32,000 bases of DNA, taken from an archaeon. Its GTDB lineage: Archaea > Asgardarchaeota > Thorarchaeia > Thorarchaeales > Thorarchaeaceae. A model generated the notes under the pieces. It made no database searches. It was not told the DNA's origin and saw only the letters and a list, made by a program, of their open reading frames with translations. The translations under genes and the position numbers were made by a program. How positions within the stretch are numbered: the stretch's first letter is position 1; each line of letters starts with the position of its first letter. This document shows positions 9,898 through 18,633 of the stretch, in pieces. Where the stretch lies: positions 48,849 through 80,848 of the forward strand of contig JAJRZD010000034.1 of assembly GCA_024275415.1 (NCBI GenBank), read 5' to 3'.

Positions 9898-10479
9898 ATG
9901 GTCGCCATTCAGTGGGGCTTTGAGGATGGTCACAGATTGCAAATCGCAGAGATACTGTATGAATCTCTTGGAAAGAAATTCATCCCCGTGTTCGGTAAGC
10001 GGGACTCATGCGTTCCCTGTATCTCTGCTATCCTCCGACCTGAAAGAACCCTCACTGCAACAACCGGTAATCAGGTCGCTGGCATCGCGGGATTGCAATT
10101 CAAAGGCTCTGGTTATCTTGACACAAGACTCAGGACGCTTACACACTATCTTCGTTTTGGCGTGCTGAAAGCCATCTTCAATGGCTGGCTTCTTGAATCA
10201 AAAGTACGGGATGACGAACTCCATTTTGACACGATTGCAGTCACACCACGCTTTCGCGGACTAGGGATTGGCAGTCAATTGATACGACACGTGATCGATT
10301 TTGCCGGTGACGAAGGATTCTCATGCATCAAGCTCTTTGTCATAAATACAAACTCACGTGCCAAGCGGCTCTACGAACGACTCGGGTTCGATTCCCGTGC
10401 GCATACTGCCATCCCCTTCCCTTGGAGTCGCACCTTCGGGTTCTCTGAGGCTGTAGAAATGGTCTTGGCTCTGAATTAG
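9898..10479 (+). CDS. GNAT-family N-acetyltransferase
   Basis: Acetyl-CoA motif A (IAVTPRFRGLGIGSQLI) and motif B (NSRAKRLYERLGF). Confidence 0.9.
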   Translation: MVAIQWGFEDGHRLQIAEILYESLGKKFIPVFGKRDSCVPCISAILRPERTLTATTGNQVAGIAGLQFKGSGYLDTRLRTLTHYLRFGVLKAIFNGWLLESKVRDDELHFDTIAVTPRFRGLGIGSQLIRHVIDFAGDEGFSCIKLFVINTNSRAKRLYERLGFDSRAHTAIPFPWSRTFGFSEAVEMVLALN

Positions 10480-11242
10480 TCTGCCAATTCCTTTTCCATG
10501 CTCGTGTCCCCTTCGGGATACCTGCAGATGGTTATGTCTGAAGCACAATCTATCTCATTGATTCCGCAGAAAAAAGACCACGTCAAAGGGCGGTATCGTG
10601 AGTTGTTGATTGAACTAATCCCTCACAATACAAAATATCTGAACTTCTTGGATTCCACGGGAGGTGGGGCAATCTCTGGAATCCGTCTATTCTTCTTCGA
10701 CCCCCTCCTTTCCGTTGACTGGGGTTTAATTGAAAGGATTGCGAAGCAGCGGATCACATACCCTATCATTCCGGGACTCCAGTGGTTTGAAATCAATTAA
10801 CTCCTGGTTTTTTACTTTCGATGTAACGCAATCGAATGCGCGGTCGAGGCCATCCATATTCACCAATCCCCTCTTTTGTTCTTGATATTCGTTTCTTCTT
10901 GCTGCGCCTTGCAGGAATTAGTCCAGTGTCTTTTCTCTTTTGCATGTATGTATTGGTGTTCATCGGATCTCGCACCGTTCATCGTCATCTGGTCTCCAGA
11001 GTCTTGCCCTCCCAGAAAACGGCACTGGGAATGACTCTGTGTGGACCGCATCGCCTGTCATTCGACCTTATGTCTTTGTACTGTCCGGTTCCATTTAACC
11101 ACCTGCCACGAGATGTCCAACTCTCACGCAGCTCGTACCAACCCTCCAGATATCATTTGGGCGAGTAGTAACTCCCTCGCACCTCCCAAATCCGACACCC
11201 CACAGCAATGTTAATATTGCATTCATTATTGACTCCTCCTTA

Positions 11243-11404
11243 GCCGCCGTGGCTCAGTAGGTAGATGATACCTATTTTGGTATCAACCGAAAGCGACAGC
11301 CTGTTACCTTTCGGTCAACCAGACTGGGAGCCAGACAGTTGTTGGTCGGAGGTTCGAGAGACCGTCAAATAAAACATAGCGGTCAGAAAACCCTCCCGGC
11401 GGCG
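11243..11404 (+). tRNA. tRNA-Asn(GUU) with three introns (22/23, 37/38, 59/60)
   Basis: Exons 11243-11264, 11292-11306, 11337-11358 and 11391-11404 join to GCCGCCGTGGCTCAGTAGGTAGAGCGACAGCCTGTTAAGTTGTTGGTCGGAGGTTCGAGCCCTCCCGGCGGCG (73 nt). Stems: acceptor GCCGCCG/CGGCGGC, D GCTC/GAGC, anticodon ACAGC/GTTGT around GTT (11303-11305), T GGAGG/CCTCC. Each intron folds as a hairpin with BHB-like geometry. Confidence 0.9.
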
Positions 11405-11521
11405 CTATTCCACTTTGTTTCCATAGTGTGTATCTAGTTTGGGGCCAAACTGGTGGCACTTCTATCTACTGCGCAACCACTCTTGGACAGCCCGTCGCTT
11501 CCTGATATCATTGGGAGGGCA

Positions 11522-14500
11522 TTATATGGCCCAACGAATCGTGTCCTCAAGCGAGTCAGTAGTGGCAATCCAGCAGACTGAAACCCTGTCAGTTCTTGGA
11601 TAGTAAGATACACGTCTAGGAAAGAAGGAAACAGCAAAGCCCAATCCTTCGGCAAGGCGGCACTCGTCTCTGATGAGGTTATTGATTGACATATTCACGA
11701 CGTTAAGGAGGTTTGTGACAGTTTCGGCAATGGCAGGGTCGTTATCTTCCTGCAGTTCCTTAAGCTTATTGATAGACAGGGTGGACTTTGGGATCAAGCC
11801 TCTGATGGTCTTCCCCTCTTTCTTTATGAGTTCAATCTCCTCTTGTCCTATCATCGACTCCATATCATAGTGCTCCTTCTCCATATTGACATGGATGGCA
11901 TGGCTACGAGACCACATGAATCTCCCACGCCCGAAGCTTCCATCTTCGGGAATAAGCTCTTCAAGATAGGCGCGTTTGGACTCGTCTGACCAATCAACAT
12001 ACGTGGGAGGAAGTCCTGGGTTGTTGATGGTTTTGTTACCGGGAGTCATCCCGTCATCCAAAAGAACCAATCCAATCTGGCAATGGATATGAATGTCATA
12101 TTTGCCTTTGCGGTATTTAGGTTCGAGCAAAATAGTCCCAAACTCACTAATGGTATCCTGTACTCTCAGAATCCTTCCCATGTGTGCCTCGTTATACGCA
12201 ATTCGGCCAGTCGGCCATAGATGACAATCACTGATGACCACCGCCGTAAGCCTTGCCTTTAATATTTCAAGTTTTTTTCCTTCAGGAAACCGTGGATTCT
12301 TAATTCCTGCTCGTCCGCTTATTCCTGCTATCTTGACTACTAGTCCTTCGAGATTCGACAATCTTCTTCGGGAGCCATCAAGATACATCCTGATGATTTT
12401 CCCTTCGAGGCGAGTGCTGTAAACGTCGAGAGGTCGTTTCCTTGCGGGTTGTCCCTCGTCGTTATCCATGAACTGTCTGACAATCTCGTTGATGCGTGGC
12501 AAGTCCCTGCGTAGAGTCCCATTGAGTCCTAGTGTCTTCCGCAGTTGGTCGATTATCCTGACGACGTCGCCTCGATGTCTGAAATAGAAGAACTGATCCT
12601 CATAAGGTCGCACGAGTTCATCAGGTCTGTGCATGGGCACCCATGCGTACATCGTGTTCTCGACCAGCGCCAAACGAGCTCGCACATGGACAAGTCCGAG
12701 AGCAGATGAAAGGGAATCCTCTATCCGTTGTTTGTTTGCGCGAAGGTATTGCTCGATCTGCCTGATCCTACCGGTTTCAAGTTCAGGATACAAGATTGCA
12801 CGATAAAACCTCTCATTGACAGTAGGACTGTTTCTTATCATCTCTGCAATCGCAGAAACTAGATTCATCTGAGTGAGTTCTTTCGCGTTTTTGATGGTTT
12901 CAAGGGCATCGTGGACGAGATGTTTCTCTATCGTGTGGGCGGTTAGCGACTCAAAGAGGTCTAGACTTGTGGTGTCATACATTCTTTCGAGGGTGGCTCT
13001 GTCTATCTCTGGGTTGCTCTTCTGCCACCCACTGATGATACATTCTTCCTCATGCTTTCTGAGGTCTTTGATCTGAGCTGGTTCGATGGCATTCCACGAA
13101 TTGGTCACAAATCCCTTGCTGACGCCGTATTTTACCGCAATCTCATCGCGTTTCATGGAATGATCATCTTTGATTTGAAAGTACAGGTTGCTGAACATCT
13201 TCCTTTCCTCAAAGTCCCACCGTTCGCGCTCAGCAGGATGTTTCTTAATCAACCTCTCTACATCTTCCATAGACTCGATTCTGATATCAGGTGGTCCTCC
13301 ATGAACTGTTTCGAACATCCGCCTGAGTTCTCTATCCTGCAACCTCTCTATCAAGTCCGGGGGTTCGACGTTCTTCTTGTCTTTCAGTCTGCAATACTCT
13401 AAAGCATCCTTGTATTGCTCATCAAATCCTTTCTCCGCTTTCAAATCATAGTTCTGCTCAATCGCGCGCTCAAGATTCTTTACACAATGGATTTTCCAAG
13501 GCATAGCTTCGAGTCCTGTTCCCCCCACTGACTTGGAGATAATTCCTTTATCCTTTGACCGGGATACGTACTGACCTATCCCGTTCTGGTCCTGTTTCAT
13601 ATTCCTTATTCGAGAGGGGATGTCCCACCCCCGAAGCCAAAGTACAATCCTGTGGGAGCTGATTTTGTATTTCAGTGCTAGATTATGTATCTGATTCCGG
13701 TCGTAGAGTTCGACACCTTCTCGCACCCGGATTCTAATCTCATCTCTTCTACGCATCCCAATGATATCCAACCATGCCTGTAGATACCCAAGTTCGTCAG
13801 AGAATATCATGTCATCGAAAGCTACTCGGATTTCTTCCAATGACCTAGGATACCGTTGACTCTCGTACTCTCTCGCTGCCTGCATTAACCGATAGCGAAG
13901 CTCCCGCCGTACGATGTCATACACCCCTTCAGGAATCGACTCAAGATTAGCATACTCTTGGACCAGTTCGGGATTCAGCCCAATCTCCTCAGCCAGCTCC
14001 TTGACCTTCGCTTCGCTTTCAACACCTGATGTTTCCTCCGACAGGTGAACCCTGATGGTGATGAACTTGGAAACCAAGTTATCCTCTATCAGATGAGCTA
14101 CCTCATGCTTCTGTAGGATGTCCTCCCAGTCCTCTTGTGACTGTAACTCCGCGATGATCTGACGGATGTGCCGCTCCCTGTCATCTTCTGATAGAGAGTC
14201 CTCTATCTTATCAATCAACTCCCTGACCTTGCGCTCAGCCGCTTCCTCGGACGACTCGGGGATGCAGGAAGCAAGGATATATTCATGGTGCCTTCTTCGT
14301 TCCTGTTTCTTTTTTTCTTCTTGATTATCGAGTTCACTCTCTTCCTGTCGCATCGAATCACTCTGTTCGTACTCGCCCCTTTTCTCAATATTATGCCCCT
14401 TGGTGGTAGTCTGTTTTTTCTGCTCCCTTAGATGAGGGTGTTCGATGTCCACTTCTCCTGTATGATCATGTGGTTCTTCATTTGGATGATGTGTTGTGCC

Positions 14501-15253
14501 TATCCCTTCCACCGCTTCTTTGGAGTGATTATGTCCCTGCTGTTCGGTATCCCCCGTCAGTTTATCCTTTTTTGTAGGCATTTCGTTCTCAAGTACGGAC
14601 TCCGACTTTGTTTTACACGTTCTCGGCTCTCCCTCTTGTACTAAATACAACTGCCCAGTTCCCCCATCATAGGATGAGGTCTTCTCCTCAGTATGGGACT
14701 GTCCCGTGTCCGAGTCCGTGTTGTGTTCGTCCTTTTCCTCTTCAGACTCCTGCTCCTTTTTCTCTGCGTCCTCTGAGAGGGACTCCTCCATCTCGGATAC
14801 ATAGACCCCGCGCCACCGTTCCCTGACCTGCTCAGGGTCGATCCCGAACTCCTCCATCACATCGATGACACGCTGCTCGAACTCATCAAGAAGATCCTTG
14901 TCAGCCGTCCGTTCTCGTTCCTCTCGGGCTTTCTCCCGTCCAATCCCGATCCTTTGTCCCTCTTCCTTCGCCTCTAGCCCCTTCACCGCCTCACGGCCCC
15001 TCTTGCTGTCAGACACAGGTTCCTCGTTCACACGTTGGCCGACCCTCGCTCTTCCCCCATCACCACCATGCTCTTCTGCCTCGTGCCCATCATTGTCCTT
15101 TTGCTCTACTACTTCCTTCTCAGCCACCCTTCGTTCATACTTCTCCCGGAACTCCCTGACACGCCTGCTGATCTCATACTGGTATTCCTCGTATTCGCGG
15201 TCCTCTCGCCACTCGTCGTATTCCCTGCGGCGACTCCGCTCCCCTCCCTCCAT
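11522..15253 (-). CDS. 1243-aa protein: charged low-complexity N-terminus, three HTH-like motifs and a C-terminal LAGLIDADG-like endonuclease domain
   Basis: E/R/K-rich N-terminal region. HTH-like VKELAEEIGLNPELVQEYAN, IHNLALKYKISSHRIVLWLRG and RDEIAVKYGVSKGFVTNSWN. LAGLIDADG-like motifs ARLTAVVISDCH (D1009) and KRAYLEELIPEDGSF (D1104). The ORF itself is secure; the domain calls are by eye. Confidence 0.7.
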   Translation of the reverse strand: MEGGERSRRREYDEWREDREYEEYQYEISRRVREFREKYERRVAEKEVVEQKDNDGHEAEEHGGDGGRARVGQRVNEEPVSDSKRGREAVKGLEAKEEGQRIGIGREKAREERERTADKDLLDEFEQRVIDVMEEFGIDPEQVRERWRGVYVSEMEESLSEDAEKKEQESEEEKDEHNTDSDTGQSHTEEKTSSYDGGTGQLYLVQEGEPRTCKTKSESVLENEMPTKKDKLTGDTEQQGHNHSKEAVEGIGTTHHPNEEPHDHTGEVDIEHPHLREQKKQTTTKGHNIEKRGEYEQSDSMRQEESELDNQEEKKKQERRRHHEYILASCIPESSEEAAERKVRELIDKIEDSLSEDDRERHIRQIIAELQSQEDWEDILQKHEVAHLIEDNLVSKFITIRVHLSEETSGVESEAKVKELAEEIGLNPELVQEYANLESIPEGVYDIVRRELRYRLMQAAREYESQRYPRSLEEIRVAFDDMIFSDELGYLQAWLDIIGMRRRDEIRIRVREGVELYDRNQIHNLALKYKISSHRIVLWLRGWDIPSRIRNMKQDQNGIGQYVSRSKDKGIISKSVGGTGLEAMPWKIHCVKNLERAIEQNYDLKAEKGFDEQYKDALEYCRLKDKKNVEPPDLIERLQDRELRRMFETVHGGPPDIRIESMEDVERLIKKHPAERERWDFEERKMFSNLYFQIKDDHSMKRDEIAVKYGVSKGFVTNSWNAIEPAQIKDLRKHEEECIISGWQKSNPEIDRATLERMYDTTSLDLFESLTAHTIEKHLVHDALETIKNAKELTQMNLVSAIAEMIRNSPTVNERFYRAILYPELETGRIRQIEQYLRANKQRIEDSLSSALGLVHVRARLALVENTMYAWVPMHRPDELVRPYEDQFFYFRHRGDVVRIIDQLRKTLGLNGTLRRDLPRINEIVRQFMDNDEGQPARKRPLDVYSTRLEGKIIRMYLDGSRRRLSNLEGLVVKIAGISGRAGIKNPRFPEGKKLEILKARLTAVVISDCHLWPTGRIAYNEAHMGRILRVQDTISEFGTILLEPKYRKGKYDIHIHCQIGLVLLDDGMTPGNKTINNPGLPPTYVDWSDESKRAYLEELIPEDGSFGRGRFMWSRSHAIHVNMEKEHYDMESMIGQEEIELIKKEGKTIRGLIPKSTLSINKLKELQEDNDPAIAETVTNLLNVVNMSINNLIRDECRLAEGLGFAVSFFPRRVSYYPRTDRVSVCWIATTDSLEDTIRWAI
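11671..11866. repeat. Direct repeat, copy 1 (196 bp, inside the 1243-aa ORF, about residues 1130-1195)
   Basis: Matches 18666-18861 at 194/196 positions (gtttcggcaa vs gtttcagcaa; taagcttatt vs taagcctatt). Confidence 0.97.
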
Positions 15254-15262
15254 CAGCCATCA

Positions 15263-18200
15263 CTACCTGTGGAACTCCAGGAGCCTTGAGATGACCTCTT
15301 TCGAGATGATCCCGTGCTCATTGGGGATGACCGTCCCGATCACCTGGGTCGCCACTTCGATGGTACGGGGGAGCCCTGATGCGCCCACGGCATCGTAGAC
15401 GAGCCCCGCGAAGGCGGCCAAGGCATCTCCTGAGCCTTCATCCAGGAACCTCTGTGCCGCTTCCATGAACTCAGGGTTTGTCAGGTACGCTCCTGTTGGT
15501 GCAATACTTGCCTTTCCCTGTCCTGGGACGTCCGTCCTATCCCTCGTGGCCAACCGTTTCATGAGCCCCTCGGGAAGGGGTTCATGTCGGGCAAGCTGCG
15601 GGTTCGCATCGTAGAAGGCGGACATGTGCGCTCGTATCGCATCACTCCCCAGATGTTCGGTATCTATCTGGTCATGGAACAAGAACGAGAGGGGGATCAT
15701 CTGCACGTTCTTGGGCTCCCGTGCCTCCTCGAGGTACACTACCGCTTCGCCCCGCTCCATCCCCCGGATGTGCTGGATCTGGGCATCGCTGCACCCGATA
15801 TGGCTCCCCAGCATGGCCATCGTTTCCCTGTCTTCCTTCAGTCGATGGAGGACCGCGTTGACAGGGAGCTTCACCACCTCGCTGGCAAGGGCACTGGGCA
15901 ACTGGTCGATGATGACCAGCCCGAGCCCTGTCCCGCCAAGGACCCTGAGCATCTCGACGAATGCATGGACTGCCTGTTGTCGTGCAGCGGAGTTCGCCTC
16001 ACCGTCAAGACTGTTTCTCCCCAGGACATAGTGCGCCTCCTCGAGGACCAGCAGGTTCTCCACCCGCTTGGACGGGTTGGCAAGCTTGTACTCGCTTATT
16101 GCTGCCGTCAGCATCCCCATGAGCAGGGCCGTGTCACTCTGGGACAATGCGTCCATCTCGATGATGGTGGGATGGGAGAGGAGTCCAGGTATCGAGATGC
16201 CCTCTGAGGTGTTGAACATCCCGACCAAAGAGGGCTTCCGCAGGAGCGACCTTACTCTGGCTACCAGTGCCCCGTAGAAGTTCTTGTTCACCTCCTCGTC
16301 GTAGTTCAGCTCCTTGCCGAAGGTGAGGACTCCCTCAACGATGTCCTCAAAGAGGATGGGGTGTCCCCGTTCGCCGGACTCGATGTCCCAGCCGCAGTTG
16401 GCATAGGTTGAGTACACCCAGTCCTCGACGTGCATGGAGATGACCCTGTCATTGGGCAACCAGAGGGTGAGGACCTGTACTACCCTGTCCACCCACTTCC
16501 GCAGTGGGACCTTTGGCGGGGGCTCCCAGAAGTTCAGCTTGAACCCGGCTACAGTATCATCTCCCGCCGTGAAGACCCGGATGCCGGGGAAGACCCTCAT
16601 GAGGGTTCTCCACTCGTACGCCTTCGAGGGGACCAGCACCACAGGGTTCAGCCCCATGCTGATGGCCTGCCCGATGAGGCTCATTGCGCTCCAGGTCTTC
16701 CCTGAGCGGGTGGTCCCAAGGACGAGGAGGTGCCCGTCGTAGTACTGGGTGCCAGAGGTCAGGAACTTCCCTGATAGCACCGTCCCGTTCTCGTCTATCG
16801 GGTTGCCATAGTAGAGGGACCTTGCCCGCCCCTTCCACCGCACGCCCGTCGGGACGTCACATCTGAAGACCTTCCGTTCCTCCTGTGGGCGAGCCTCTTT
16901 AGCAGTGGTCTGGGTCGAGGTGGAGAACCGTTCGCGAGCGGTCACCCTGATCCCCATGTCTGTCTGCGGGAGGACGAGATAGTTCGCCACCTCCCGCAGG
17001 GTCAGTCGTGTGGGGGAACCTATGGGGAACCCGGACAGCAGCCTGTCAAGGTCCTTCTTACGATGGAACGTCCTGACCTTGAAGGGGTCCTGTTCCTGCC
17101 CGGGAGCGACGGAACCCATGATGGCGCTTGCCAGCCTACGGGCAGCCGTATCCGCGCACTCCAGAGTACTGTCGCAAGATGCCACCATGACCGTGGTGTT
17201 GCACAGGTCCCGTTCGTTGAGGCGTTCCAGCTCCCGCGCCAGTCGTGATGCCTTGGCAAGTTCCTTCGGGTCCACTACCCGCTTTGATTCCTGCCTGTCA
17301 CCGTGAAGAAGGCTCGACCGTTCCCGGGTCACGGTGGTCTCTGAGGACTGGACTGCCTTCTTGTACCTGTCCTGCAGGGACGCGACCTCCCTAGTACTGA
17401 CGGTGGTCGGTTCCACGAACACCTGTACCATGGCATTGTCCAGTCCCTGCAGCACGCCAATGGGGGCGGACATGGGTGCCGTGACCTGCTCCTCGCCAGT
17501 GATAGGAGTAGGGATCCCTGAGACCTCCACAGCCACGCAGGCCATGTCCTCTTGAAGGCACAACCCTTCATACCCTTTGACCTTTGTGAGCCTGAACCCC
17601 TTGAGATTGCTCAGGAGGGTGTCTTGCATCAACACCATCTGCACCCCAAGACGCACAGAGTCCTTCGCCCACGTCAGGAACATGACCCTGGTGACAGAGT
17701 CCTTCCGTAAGAACAACAGGCTGAAGGGGACATCACTGGAGCCCAGGTGACGGACGATGTTGAGGAAGCTTGCTGACACGTCCTGTCGGGTCTCCTTCGC
17801 GTCAGCAGGGAACGCATAGTCCCTTGGGATCTCCGTGACCTCGAAGCCCATGATGGGAGGTGGTGCCCGTGAGGGGCGTTTTGGGACACGGAGCGGTGAG
17901 ATGGTCTTCCTGGACGTCGTGACAAGCCCGGGCAAGAGAACCCTCTTTGAACGGGATGTCCGTGAGTCCCAGAGGCAGGTGACGAGGGCCGCCCCGATGC
18001 CGACCACCGCAATAAGCAGGTTCGCAGCATTACCGACCAGCGGTATCGGGATGAAAGAGAGGACTACTACAAGCCCCACCAAGATGGCCCCTGCGGCGAT
18101 CATGGCCCCTGCGAGCAACGAGTAGAGCCATACCCGGGGCTTTCGCCCGAAGAGCAATGCTGTTGCGCCGATGAAGAAGGTGACCGTTGCAAGGAGGGAG

Positions 18201-18346
18201 CTGGGGCTCCCTATCGAGGAAGGGACGAACCTCACAAGGTATAGTAACCACAGGACACAATAGGACGGTATGAAGGTGAGGAGCACCAGGAGGACGAGCT
18301 TGAAGAGCAAGACCACCAGTGAGTTAGGACGATCCGAATCTGTCAA
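15263..18346 (-). CDS. Membrane-anchored HerA/FtsK/VirD4(TrwB)-superfamily ATPase (DUF87-like)
   Basis: About four N-terminal hydrophobic segments. Walker A LVLGTTRSGKT (16694-16717), Walker B LLVLEEAH and a downstream IDQLPS motif. It ends 9 bp before the start of the 1243-aa gene. Sampled 60-nt lines are 57-72% GC against about 40-48% in flanking DNA. Confidence 0.85.
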   Translation of the reverse strand: MTDSDRPNSLVVLLFKLVLLVLLTFIPSYCVLWLLYLVRFVPSSIGSPSSLLATVTFFIGATALLFGRKPRVWLYSLLAGAMIAAGAILVGLVVVLSFIPIPLVGNAANLLIAVVGIGAALVTCLWDSRTSRSKRVLLPGLVTTSRKTISPLRVPKRPSRAPPPIMGFEVTEIPRDYAFPADAKETRQDVSASFLNIVRHLGSSDVPFSLLFLRKDSVTRVMFLTWAKDSVRLGVQMVLMQDTLLSNLKGFRLTKVKGYEGLCLQEDMACVAVEVSGIPTPITGEEQVTAPMSAPIGVLQGLDNAMVQVFVEPTTVSTREVASLQDRYKKAVQSSETTVTRERSSLLHGDRQESKRVVDPKELAKASRLARELERLNERDLCNTTVMVASCDSTLECADTAARRLASAIMGSVAPGQEQDPFKVRTFHRKKDLDRLLSGFPIGSPTRLTLREVANYLVLPQTDMGIRVTARERFSTSTQTTAKEARPQEERKVFRCDVPTGVRWKGRARSLYYGNPIDENGTVLSGKFLTSGTQYYDGHLLVLGTTRSGKTWSAMSLIGQAISMGLNPVVLVPSKAYEWRTLMRVFPGIRVFTAGDDTVAGFKLNFWEPPPKVPLRKWVDRVVQVLTLWLPNDRVISMHVEDWVYSTYANCGWDIESGERGHPILFEDIVEGVLTFGKELNYDEEVNKNFYGALVARVRSLLRKPSLVGMFNTSEGISIPGLLSHPTIIEMDALSQSDTALLMGMLTAAISEYKLANPSKRVENLLVLEEAHYVLGRNSLDGEANSAARQQAVHAFVEMLRVLGGTGLGLVIIDQLPSALASEVVKLPVNAVLHRLKEDRETMAMLGSHIGCSDAQIQHIRGMERGEAVVYLEEAREPKNVQMIPLSFLFHDQIDTEHLGSDAIRAHMSAFYDANPQLARHEPLPEGLMKRLATRDRTDVPGQGKASIAPTGAYLTNPEFMEAAQRFLDEGSGDALAAFAGLVYDAVGASGLPRTIEVATQVIGTVIPNEHGIISKEVISRLLEFHR

Positions 18347-18633
18347 TGGTCCACCCCCCGGAGTGGCAGTGTCGGATTGGCCTTTTCCTCATAGTCGGGA
18401 CATGACATCAGTATCAGATATGTAGTACATCTAGAGAATATCTATCTTTGTACAGGACGAGATTGGACATGATAATGGCGATATGGTGTATATGAGCACT
18501 CTATGCATATATTATCAAAAATTACGTGTTAATAACTTATTATTACATAATAGAAGACCTATACGATAGTATTCGTCATAAAAACACCTCAAAGTTTAAC
18601 AAACATGGGTCTTTTTGAGAGTGCTATTTGGAA

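Noticed and set aside
10480-11200. Short ORFs (10498-10800, 10793-10975, 10836-11168) or a decayed gene upstream of tRNA-Asn
   Set aside because: One minus frame has protein-like stretches between stops, but I recognise no family motif and the stop density is not clearly below chance. A tBLASTx search would settle it.
11436-11451. Short inverted repeat AGTTTGG-GG-CCAAACT after tRNA-Asn
   Set aside because: Only 7 bp, so it may be chance. There is no supporting evidence for a terminator or att function.
11861-11952. Repeat copy 2 as an 81-bp in-frame deletion derivative of copy 1 (CATATC joined to GGGAA)
   Set aside because: Similarity stops after about 5 nt, and nothing beyond aligns.
11522-12300. 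Intein in the 1243-aa protein
   Set aside because: No N-terminal Cys/Ser splice block and no C-terminal His-Asn motif flank the LAGLIDADG-like region.
15584-18260. Many overlapping and antisense ORFs over the ATPase gene
   Set aside because: Expected shadow ORFs in GC-rich coding DNA, with no motifs.
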